Shown: piece by piece, positions 10,850 to 20,622 of the stretch
Position numbering within the stretch: position 1 is the first letter of the stretch
Layout: each line of letters starts with the position of its first letter
Assembly (NCBI GenBank): GCA_964106645.2
Contig: OZ067046.1
From: Podarcis pityusensis
Taxonomy: Eukaryota
DNA: 64,000 bases
Strand: one strand, 5' to 3'
Position numbers and translations under genes: made by a program
The notes under the pieces: generated by a model
Seen by the model: the letters and a program-made list of their open reading frames with translations, nothing else
What the model was told of the DNA's origin: nothing
The model's database searches: none

Positions 10850-12980
10850 GGCGGATCCTGGGGGGGGGGGGGTAGAAAGAAAGACAGAACAGGCCAATTA
10901 AAAATAACAAGCCCACCGCCACGAGAGACCAAGTTGGCGGAGAGCTCCTGTTCTCTTCAGACGGGGCGAGGCGGCAGCAGAGACCAGATTGGGGCCCCCT
11001 CGGGAGCCGCGGCGGCGAAGAGACCCAGGCGGCGGACGCCCCGAATCCCCCCGCTGCCCCGTCCCAAGACCTCCGCCTCACGCCGGCTCAGGAGTTCCCA
11101 CACGAGCTCCTTTCCCCGCGGGCGGCGCCGGCTGCGGCGGCTTCCTCCTCTCCTCATACCCCTTCCTCGACGGGGTGTGAAAGAAAGCTCGCCTCCCCTC
11201 GCCCGCCCTCTCCGCAGCCCTATTGTTTTCCCGGCGCGCTCCCCGGGGGGGGGGCTGTCCTCGTCGCCCCCCCTCCCTACACGAGCTCCTCAGGCACCTT
11301 GCGGCAGCAGCGCCTGGCGGGAGGCGGCGGCTGCTGCTCCAAGGTGGCCTCGGCGCTTTGTAATCAGATCTCTGCCGTTTTCCTCCCCTCACAGCCCGAG
11401 GGAAGCGCGCGAGGCTGGCCGGGCGGGGGGAGACAGAGCGGAGGGCGACTCCCCGGGAAAGGACACCCAGCGGCGGCTTCCCACCGCCAACTCTCGCCGC
11501 CAGCCGGCCAAGTCCTCTCACGTGCGCCGTCTCGCTCGCTCGCTCGCTCTCCCGGCCTCACCCCGCGCCCAACTTGATGGTTCCCAAGAAAAGGGCAATA
11601 AGAGCATCGCGTTTGGCCGCCTTAGGTCAGCCCTGAGGAGATAAGAGGCGGCCGGAATCAAAGGGTCACCAATACGCGGCGCATTCTAAAAGTGTGGAGG
11701 GCGGCGGGGGAGAGAGATGTTTCTTCCTTCCCTCCCTATTTCGCTTCCACCTCACACTAATTGGAGCGGGGGAGAAGCAGCTACAGACTTCCAACTTCAG
11801 CAGAAAGAAAATGATCTTGCAGCGCCCGGAGAGCCGATGCTGCTGCTGCTGCGCTCCCTCTGCCCTTGCGAGGGCTGCTCAGCCTCCCCTCCCCTTTCAC
11901 GCCCGCCAGCCGAGTCCCGCTACCCGGCGGGAGGAAAGCAGCAGATCGCCTCCCCGGAAAGCCAGCAAACATTGCTGCTGCCCTCGAGAAGGACCCAGCA
12001 GACCCCGAGCGAGCGAGAAGTCTGGGAAGGAGATTCACGCGGGGGGCGCCGAGGATCCCCGGAGAGCCCGCCTGCCGCCGTCGAATCATAATTACAGGAG
12101 CCTCTGCCGGGGCTCAGCGATGAATCGGTCTTAAATGGGCCGTGGGGAGGGGAGGTTTCACGGCTTCTGTTATTCTAGAGGACCACAATAAAAAGCCGGG
12201 TCCTCCCTCGTCCAAGGCCCCGTGCCCGGATTTTAATTCCCCCCCCGGACACCTACAGATCGGATTACTAGATTGCAGTGCCCAGGATGTCGCGCGGGGC
12301 GGGAGAGCTACCAGATCGCAATTTCGAGGAAAGCAGCTCCGTGGTCCCATGGAAGATGCGCACCGAGGCACCCCTATGAAGCGAAGGGATGCGGGGCGGG
12401 CGTGGGAAGCCCCCGCTTAGCCGCACAGGGCTCAAGAACCTGTCCCTGGAAAGAGCCACTGCCGCCCCCCCCCCCCGACCCGTCTACGCGTCGCCTTCTC
12501 AGACGGAGCGGCTGCTGCTGCTGCTGCCTCGACTTACCCGGAGCCCCCAGCTGTGTGCGCGCTGCCCTCGGCCACCCGGGGCTCCTTCTCCTTCGCGGAC
12601 GCCGGACTCGCTCTCGCTGCCTGTCCAACTCTTGCGAAGAGAGAGCTGCTGCGCCGCCGCCGCCGCTGCCTCGCCTGCTCTGCCTCCTCCCTTCGCTCTC
12701 ACTGCGGCCCGGACCCGGGCGGAGGAGGGAGGCGGCACCGCGCAGGCGCGGCGTTAGGCGGGGCTGTTTCAGGTAACGCCACCAGCCTGTTCTCCGAGTC
12801 GAGCCGAAAGGCGCAGTTGCTGCTCCTGCTGCTGGTGCTGGGGACACTCTGGCTATATCGGTTCTCTTATTCCTCCTCCCAGCCTCTCGGTTCGCCCAGA
12901 CTCCCGTGGGAATGAATGGCCAAAGTTGAGAGGCAAGCCGGTGGTGCCCCGGATGCGAGCTGGGCGTTTTATACGGAGAG
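10850..12980. promoter_or_regulatory. CpG island, FHDC1 promoter / exon 1 / start of intron 1
   Basis: About 2.1 kb of very GC- and CpG-rich sequence against an AT-rich background. GC boxes near 12717 and 12757. It lies 11-13 kb upstream of the FHDC1 ATG. Confidence 0.85.
12538..12705 (-). other. FHDC1: Putative non-coding exon 1 of FHDC1 (5' end approximate)
   Basis: Consensus donor CGG|GTAAGT (acttac 12532-12537 on +), with an Inr-like CAGT near 12703 just downstream of the GC boxes. Confidence 0.6.
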
Positions 12981-13500
12981 GACCTCCCATTGAACACAAT
13001 GGGGCTCACTGATCCTACACTGGGGAGGAATAGGTCCCCACTGGACTCAACGGACCCTTACAGATCCTGATTTGGAAGTTGGGGTCCCATTGAGCTCCAT
13101 GGGGCTTGCTTCTGAGTAGACCACGTGTACAAGGGCCATTGAGGCGGGAAAGTACAGGGGGAAAGTTCTGGAGCAAAGCTGGGGTCACAACAGTCTCTAT
13201 AGGGCAGTGATTGGTAAAGAGAACAGAACGCAAGAAGCCAGGGCCATTGTCTGCACACAAGCAAGCCTTTTTGCTGCTGCTGCATGGCAGAAAAAGGTAA
13301 AAGGACCCCTGGCCATTAGGCAGAGTGAAGCAACCACCAATGGTGCCCTGTGCAACACTACAATTCAGAGCCCCCTGCCGCTTGCACTCCATTCTACAGT
13401 ATTGTTGTGGCACCCTCTGCAAAGCGGCACCCTGTGCAGCTGAACTGGTTGCACTACCCTAAAGCCGCCTTTTGCAAACACCTTAGATGGCTGTTGCTGG

Positions 13501-13882
13501 TTGTTGTCGTTTAGTCATTTAGTTGTGTCCGACCCCATGGACCAGAGCACACCAGGCCCTCCTGTCTTCCACTGTCTCCCACAGTTTGGTCAGACTCATG
13601 TTTGTGGCTGCGAGAACACTGTCCAACCGTCTCGTCCTCTGTCGTCCCCTTCTCCTTGTGCCCTCAATCTTTCCCAACATCAGGGTCTTTTCCAGGGAGT
13701 CTTCTCTTCTCATGAGGTGGCCAAAGTATTGGAGCCTCAGCTTCAGGATCTGTCCTTCCAGTGAGCACTCAGGGCTGATTTCCTTCAGAATGGATAAGTT
13801 TGATCTTCTCGTAGTCCGTGGGTCTCAAGAGTCTCCTCCAGCACCATAATTCAAAAGCATCAATTCTTCGGCCATCAGCCTT
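13501..13882 (-). mobile_element. Bov-B (RTE) LINE 3' fragment
   Basis: The minus strand encodes KADGRRIDAFELWCWRRLLR and MRREDSLEKTLMLGKIEGTRRRGRQR...VEDRRAWCALVHGV, hallmark Bov-B C-terminus. (CAA)n tail. Probable TSD ctgttgctgg (13491-13500) / ctgctgctgg (13883-13892). Confidence 0.93.
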
Positions 13883-14569
13883 CTGCTGCTGGTAGGCAGT
13901 TACTTTAGTATTGCACAGGATGCTGTTGAAATTTTGGCCCCAAGGTCTGCCACTGCTGTGCTCCCCACCCCCCCGCCATTAGTCTGTTGCATCAAGTGTG
14001 ATATGGTAGAGAATGCTATCCCATTGCTAATGTTGAAGTAGGATTCAACTTTCACACTAATTGGCTTCCGTAGCTAAGAATGTACTCTACTTTGGAGAGT
14101 AAAATGTCTTGAGCCACACTTTTGAGAGTTTCTGTAAAGTTTTGAAGGGCAATTAGAATGTGACCGACAAAGGATAAGGTGAAGCTACGGTATATCCTGT
14201 TCTGCATTTATTCCCTTCACTGCAGTCCTTTTATGCTGGATTTCACTAATGCAAACCGAAAATGGGATTCATCACAGATTTACTGGAGAGGAGTCCACTT
14301 ACATGCGAAAAGTCACTATGTGGGAATCTTTTTTCAGCTGGGCGCTGCATTCCATCTTCTGCAACGTTTCACGGACTGCATCCTAGTGGAGGGTGAGGCC
14401 AGAGGGAACAGTGTGTGGAGCAAAGGATAGGCTTCTTGGCTTTGTACAGAAAGCCTGCCATCCTAACCCCCCTTATGTAGGAGATAGCCCCACTGAATTC
14501 ACTCTACGTTCTGTGTAGACAGGGCTAGGGTTTCACTGTGTAAGCTGCAAGCTACAACCGGTCCTATAC

Positions 14570-14780
14570 CAATGGATTCACGTTACAAGAAAAAAAGATT
14601 CTGACTAAACATCAGGAAGGACTTTCTGACAGAGCAGTTCAGCAGTAGAATGGTCCTCCTTAGAAGGGAAGGGACTCTCCTTCCTTTGAGGTTTCTACAC
14701 AGAGTTTGGATGGCCATCTGTCATGGATGCTTTAGCTGAGATTCCTGCATTGCAGGGGGTTGAACTAGATGATCCTCAGA
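14570..14780 (+). mobile_element. CR1 LINE 3' fragment
   Basis: CTAAACATCAGGAAGGACTTTCTGACA...TTGGATGGCCATCTGTCA...ATTCCTGCATTGCAGGGGGTTG, a degenerate version of the CR1 ORF2 end (RLNIRKNFLT). Confidence 0.8.
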
Positions 14781-15468
14781 AGTTATGCCCAAAACAGGTA
14801 CAAGGGGGGGGGGCGGTATTTGAAAGGGGATATGAGTGGATCACATTGTATATAGCTCCACAGGAAAAGAAGCAGAAGGCTAAAATAGGAGGAATTTGAA
14901 TCTAAAGGAGATGGGTGATGGATGACAAATAAGAAACTTCTACCAGGTCTGTGACTGTGTAATATTTTTGTTGTATAATAATGAAGCGAACGCAGAGGGA
15001 TAAAAATGTATTACACAATGTAAAGGAAATTAATTATGTCTGTGGATACCTGGTTGCTTGGTAGTTGAATAACAATTTAAATTGCAATTAGCATGCATTC
15101 CTGACATTCCACACTTTGTGCTCAACCAGCCTGACAATTACATGAAAGCAATCCCTTAGAAATCTATAGGCTACTCACATATGAATATGAATATATGTAT
15201 CATATTGGACAACTGAAAAGGGACCTTGATAGTCAGTGTCAAACTCTCTCCAGGGATGAAATTTCCCACTGCAGTCATTCCCAGAAGATGCTTATCATCC
15301 CATCTCCTGAAGAAACTCTAGGATAGATAATTTCCACAACTTCTGTTCCAGGCTCTAATGCTGCGTTTCTTTATTATTCTCGATCATTTGATGGTCATAC
15401 TCAGAGTAGATCCACAGGAAAAAATTGACTTTAAGTCTATTGATTTCAGTATGTCTGATCTGAATCAG

Positions 15469-15469
<1 letters not shown>

Positions 15470-15513
<44 letters not shown>

Positions 15514-15548
15514 ATATTATACACACACACACAGAGAGAGAGAGAGAG
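15470..15548. repeat. Compound microsatellite (TA)n(CA)n(GA)n
   Basis: Directly visible. Confidence 0.95.
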
Positions 15549-15799
15549 CTACTACAACCTGAATCCATTCGTATTTCATTATGTGTACCCACTCACTGTC
15601 ATGAGGTGCCAAGAATGCTTACCTGTCCCTTCCCCCTTGAAAAGTGCTGAAGGAGGAAGTTCAAAGAGCTCACTCTCTTCCACTTCTTCCTTTACCTTAG
15701 TTTGCTTCTCAATATGTTCAGGTATGCTCCTGAACATAAAGCAGAGTGACCAAGGGCCTAGGAGGGGAAAACAGAGTGATCTAAGAGGTTGGGTGGCCA

Positions 15800-15920
15800 T
15801 ACTACTACTACTAATTTATTTTTTGTACCTTGCCCAGCTGACTGGGTTGCTGCAGCCACTCCGGGCGGCTTCCAACAAATATAAAAGCAAAATAAAATGA
15901 TCAAACATTAAAACGTCCCT
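15800..15920 (-). mobile_element. L2 3' tail fragment
   Basis: Reverse complement resembles the 3'UTR of the L2 at 1480-1540 (TGTTGGAAGCCGCCCGGAGTGGCTG...AACCCAG). Confidence 0.65.
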
Positions 15921-16092
15921 ATACAATAGTATGGAGTGAATGAATGAAATGCCACAGGGACACCCACACACCACATTGGATCCAGTTAAACAGAGCCACT
16001 TGAGATGCCGTCATGTTTTCACATTTACTCTTTCCACTATCAAACTGCAGTTGAAATGCTATGCCATGTGCCACTTCTCACTAATTCTTTTT

Positions 16093-16452
16093 GACATGGG
16101 TGGCACTGTGGGTTAAACCACAGAGCCTAGGACTTGCTGATCAGAAGGTCGGTGGTTTGAATCCCCATGACAGGGTGAGCTCCCATTGCTCGTTTCCAGC
16201 TCCTGCCAACCTAGCAGTTGGAAAGCACGTCAAAGTGCAAGTAGATAAATAGGTACCGCTCCGGCGGGAAGGTAAACGGCGTTTCCGTGTGCCGCTCTGG
16301 TTCGCCAGAAGCGTTTTAGTCATGCTGGCCACATGACCCGGAAGCTGTCTGCCGGCTCCCTCGGCCAATAAAGCAAGATAAGTGCCGCAACCCCAGAGTC
16401 GGTCACGACTGGACCTAATGGTCAGGGGTCCCTTTACCTTTACCTTTTTACC
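16093..16452 (+). mobile_element. Sauria SINE, near full length
   Basis: GGGTGGCACTGTGGGTTAAACCACAGAGCCTAGG...TCAGAAGGTCGGTGGTTTGAATCCCC...GTGCAAGTAGATAAATAGGTACCGCT...CAGAGTCGGTCACGACTGGACCTAATGGTCAGGGGTCC with (TTTACC)n tail. Confidence 0.9.
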
Positions 16453-16479
16453 CGTTGCTCAAATCCCCTGCATTTGCTA

Positions 16480-16720
16480 GAAGAAGAAGAAGAATTTGGA
16501 TTTGATGTCCCATTTTATCACTACCCAAAGGAGTCTCAAAGTGGCTAGCAATCTCCTTTCCCTTCCTCCTCAACAAACACTCTGTGAGGTGAGTGGGGCT
16601 GAGAGACTTCAAAGAAGTGTGACTAGCCCAAGGTCACCCAGCAGCTGCATGTGGAGGAGCGGGGACACGAACCCGGTTCACCAGATTATGAGTCCACTGC
16701 TCTTAACCACTCCACTACAC
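16480..16720 (-). mobile_element. tRNA-derived MIR/CORE-like SINE with (CTT)n tail
   Basis: Minus strand GTGGTTAAGAGCAGTGGACTC...CCGGGTTCGTGTCCCC...GCTGGGTGACCTTGGGCTAGTCAC...TCTCAGCCCCAC. Tail-to-tail with the Sauria SINE. Confidence 0.8.
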
Positions 16721-17378
16721 TCCACTCCAAAAAGCCTATGGTTTTAGCACTTCGAATATGTAAAAGATCTTGCACAGTAGTTCACATACACACGAGAGAG
16801 AAAAAGAACTGTGTTTCTCAAGCTGAAGCCACTGCACCTTCCATTCTTGCTTTCAGTTAAATATTGTTTCCCATTTCATTTTCAATTCCATATCCCTGCA
16901 GTGTCAGTAGTGAGGATTCCTAGGTTCAGCAGACCCAGCCTATTTGTGTGGATAGGCAAGGCTGGGACACAAATTAATGCTGGAGGTAGTACCAAAACAT
17001 GTTACACCGGATTCACAATGGGAGGGGAGCACCTGCTGCCAGGTCCACCTTTGTAAACAAAGCATGCTCACGTTTATAAGCAGTCACCCTGATCACAGTA
17101 TTGTGACTTTGAGAGTCTGCAGTGTGCACTTCCTACACACCTGCCCACAAATATATGCCTTCCCCCTTTTTAGCTATTTAGGTGGAATTGCCCCTTGGTG
17201 CAATGTGAAGGTTGCGGCTCTTATGCATGCAGAAACCCTGCATGCACATCAAGAGATGTGAACTGGTTTGGGGGCAAGTATTTCACAAAACATTACATTT
17301 ATCCTGGAAGTATATAGAAAAAATAACACAGGAGAAAATTGGGACAGGCTTAAATAAGGAAAGAATAATTTGGTTTTA

Positions 17379-17619
17379 CAGTGGCACCTCAGTTTGCAAA
17401 CTTAATCCGTTCTGGAAGTCTGTTCTTAAACCGAAACTGTTCTTAAACTGAGGCACACTTTCCCTAATGATGCCTCCTGCCGCCAGTGCCCTTCCACCGT
17501 TCAGATTCCGTTCTTAGACTGAGGTAAAGTTCGCAAACCGGGACACTACTTCCGGTTTTGCGGAGTTCGTAAATGGAATAGTTCGTAAACAGGGCTGTTC
17601 TTAAACTGACGTACCACTG
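17379..17619. mobile_element. Tigger/pogo-like (Tc1-mariner) MITE
   Basis: TIRs CAGTGGCACCTCAGTTT / AAACTGACGTACCACTG, flanked by TA on both sides. Confidence 0.85.
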
Positions 17620-17739
17620 TATTGCTTTTATTACCAAACACGAATACAAAAAAATCAGAAAATGAGTGGGACCTGCAACAAAACGTTGCAGAGTGGAGAA
17701 TTCCTGTACAGGATTCTACCCATGCCTTCTTCACAGATA

Positions 17740-17965
17740 TAGTGGTACCTCAGGTTACATACGCTTCAGTTTACAGACTCCACTAACCCAGACATAATAC
17801 CTCGGGTTAAGAAATTTGCTTCAGGATGAGAACAGAAATTGTGCGGCGGTGGCGCAGTGGCAGCGGGAGGCCCCATTAGCTAAAGTGCTGCTTCAGGTTA
17901 AGAACAGTTTCAGGTTAAGAATGGACCTCCAGAACGAATTAAGTACTTAACCAGAGGTATCACTG
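17740..17965. mobile_element. Tigger/pogo-like MITE, opposite orientation to 17379-17619
   Basis: TIRs (T)AGTGGTACCTCAGGTTA / TAACCAGAGGTATCACTG, TA flanks. Confidence 0.85.
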
Positions 17966-18498
17966 TACTGTGTTGCACAGTCTATCTCCCTTAGTTTTTC
18001 AGTTCCCCCATTCCCATACAGAGACAGCGTTCCATGGCCACCAAACATCAGGTTGCTCCATGTTTAAGGTTTTCCACTCCTATTCTTTTGTTGCTGTTGT
18101 TCTTGTACTTCTAAAACCTTGGGATTCCCCCGAGCCTGCTGACAGTGCCATTTTGCCTGCAGTCAGATATATATGTTGTTCCCTCCTAAGAAAAGATTCT
18201 TATCTCTGGGGAGAAAGCACATCTATGACTCGGGAGCATTTAAGATTAAAACTCAAATGTTTTACAGTATTTGAAGAAGCTGATATAAATATAGCTGCCA
18301 TGGGCAGTGCACATTTGGATCCAACACACCTGGGTAATGTAAAACCACAGCTCTGTCCTCCAGCCTCACCGGGTCACCTTATGCAAATCAGTCGCTCCAT
18401 CTCAGTTTCACATTTGCAAAACAAGCTGTCAAATTGTTGAGACCATTAATAAGGCAGTTTGCAGATTGAGAAGTATTTAAGAACTGATAATATGCAAA

Positions 18499-18585
18499 AA
18501 TTCCTTCCAGTAGCACCTTAGAGAGCAACTAAGTTATTGGTATGAGCTTTCATGTGCATGCACACTTCTTCAGATGTGAAGATCT
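18499..18585 (-). mobile_element. Penelope-like element terminal fragment with minimal hammerhead motif
   Basis: Minus strand CTGAAGAAGTGTGCATGCACATGAAAGCTCATACC...CTCTAAGGTGCTACTGGAAGGAA, flanked by the direct repeat atatgcaaa (18490-18498 / 18586-18594). Confidence 0.75.
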
Positions 18586-18789
18586 ATATGCAAATACCTT
18601 AATACACATTGGCCCCCAGTACAGAGATGCTCTTCTCTCTTCCCCCCTAAATAAACACACTCAGTGTTGTGCATAGGGAACAGCAGGAGAGGTATAAGCC
18701 TTTCTGTAGATGCAGACTTTATTGCCAGTTCAAGTGCAGATAGCCTTCTTTGGCTAAGGCCAGATCCTGGAAGCCAGTCTTGGAAGACA

Positions 18790-19240
18790 AGCTAGCCTTT
18801 ATAAACCACTTTATATATTTAAAATCTCTAAGCGGTGTGCAATATAAGAACAATATTATTAAAATGTAAAAAATACAGCCAAAAGCCAATAGGACAGCAG
18901 CATAACAGCAAATAAAATAGGAATTCACTGGGATTCTGATACATAAATCAGGGGTAGAGAAAACCTGGACCAAGTCTTTACAAGGTACCTGAAACTACCT
19001 CACATGGCAGAAGATGTGGAAATTCCATAACACAGGGGCAATAGCAGAAAATGCCCATTTTGGGTCACTACCCTTTAAATATCCTGTAAGGTGGGGTGTC
19101 ACAAGTAGCGATCATACAGGTTGTCTACAAAGTGGGCAGTCTTTCAGGCAACCTGGTCTTGAGTTGTTCAGGACTTTATATGCCAAGAACAAGACCTTCC
19201 ACGTGGCCTGGTAACTAATCAGCAGACTATATCACATGAC
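18790..19240 (-). mobile_element. Old degenerate L2-like LINE fragment
   Basis: aattccataacacaggggcaatagcagaaaatgccc is the antisense of a RAFS.AAP.LWN-like motif. AT-rich tail at the left end. Confidence 0.5.
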
Positions 19241-20409
19241 CACTGGGTCTGCGGGCACATGCAGCAGAACTGTAGATTCTTTGTACATCTTATCATGAAT
19301 ACTCCTTCCTGAGTTCTCCCAGCCCTAACCCCTAGTATGCAGCAGGACCCTAGACAACAGCCCTCACTAACCTTATTGTCAATTTATCATCATCTTTGGC
19401 AAAGGCTGCTATATAGGTTCTTGCATGTGGAATAGACAACATTTATACGCACAACAGAATTAAGAACAGAAGAGCTCTGATGGATCAACCAATGGCAATC
19501 TAGTCCAGCAGCCTGTTCTCACAGTGGTCAACTATGGAAAACCCACAGACAGGGCCAGAGCACAGGAGCACGCGTCCCTCCTGTGGTTCCCAGCATCTGG
19601 TGCTAACAAAATATGTACTCCCCATGGCTTCAGCAAGGCAAGTTTTTTGCCTTCACCCTCCCTGGAACTGGGAGGTATATCAGACCACAGAAACATCTAT
19701 CTTCAGAAAAGATGAATGAGCCATCATAGCACAGAAGTTTTAGACTGCAAGCTTGAGGACAGGCTCTGTCTTAGGAATGATTTTTGCAAGCCATTTGGGG
19801 AGCCTTTTTTCAGTTGCCTAGGAGCAAACCCCTTTGAAGTGAGACTTACTTCCAAGTAGGCATGTATAGGATTGTAGTGTATCACCGACTGCTGCCTTGT
19901 GAAGAATCTTGGGCATCAGGAGGTGATACAAGTAGCTTGTTAATGGGAGTATTCATACCGAAGGCACATTTACATCTGCCCTCTTTGCGACTTTTTGTGT
20001 GTGACTGTACTTGCTTTCTTGAAGACTGCCTTCTCCAGTGTCACACCCTCCTTATGGGACTGCCTGCTTGTAGAGTCGCATTAGGCGTCTTCTCTGTTTC
20101 AGCTCTGGATATTGCTTATGAAGCACCTTTTTATTGATGTCTACAGGTGCTTGTCAGCTTGTGAATAATCTGACTGTGAGCACTCTGAGAAGTTTTTCCC
20201 CTGCCGTTGGTTTTAGCTTAATGTATTTTTATTATTTTTACATATTTTCTAAGTCTGTCTGGGTACTGTTGTTATTATTTATTATTAGTTATATTCCATC
20301 TTTAATGAGGCTTATTGTGTGTCGGTAGAAAATTGGGCTACAGGGAAACTGATGTATAGAAAAAGTTGATATGCATGCATTTTTTACCTGTACATCAAAG
20401 TAATAAATA

Positions 20410-20622
20410 TTCATTATTTATTATTATTACATTTACAGTCTGCCTTTCCTCCAAGGAGGTGTAAAATGGTGCACAGGATTTCCATCTCCCCATTTTATCC
20501 TTGCCTCATCACAACCTTGTGGGATAGGTTGGGCTGAGAGACAATGATTGACCCAGTGAGTCAATCCTGGCTGAGTGGGCATTTGAACCCATGTCTCCAA
20601 GCTCCCCAGCGTCTATACCACG
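20410..20622 (-). mobile_element. Degenerate MIR/CORE-like SINE
   Basis: acaaccttgtgggataggttgggctgagagac...gacccagtgag...atttgaaccca, with an (ATT)n tail at the left end. Confidence 0.65.

Noticed and set aside
10832-13009. Cluster of long overlapping ORFs (up to 270 aa) on both strands
   Set aside because: Arg/Pro/Gly/Ala-rich products expected from stop-poor CpG-island DNA; no recognisable protein.
15358-15900. 180-aa ORF
   Set aside because: Runs through (TA)n/(CA)n/(GA)n microsatellites and an L2 tail.
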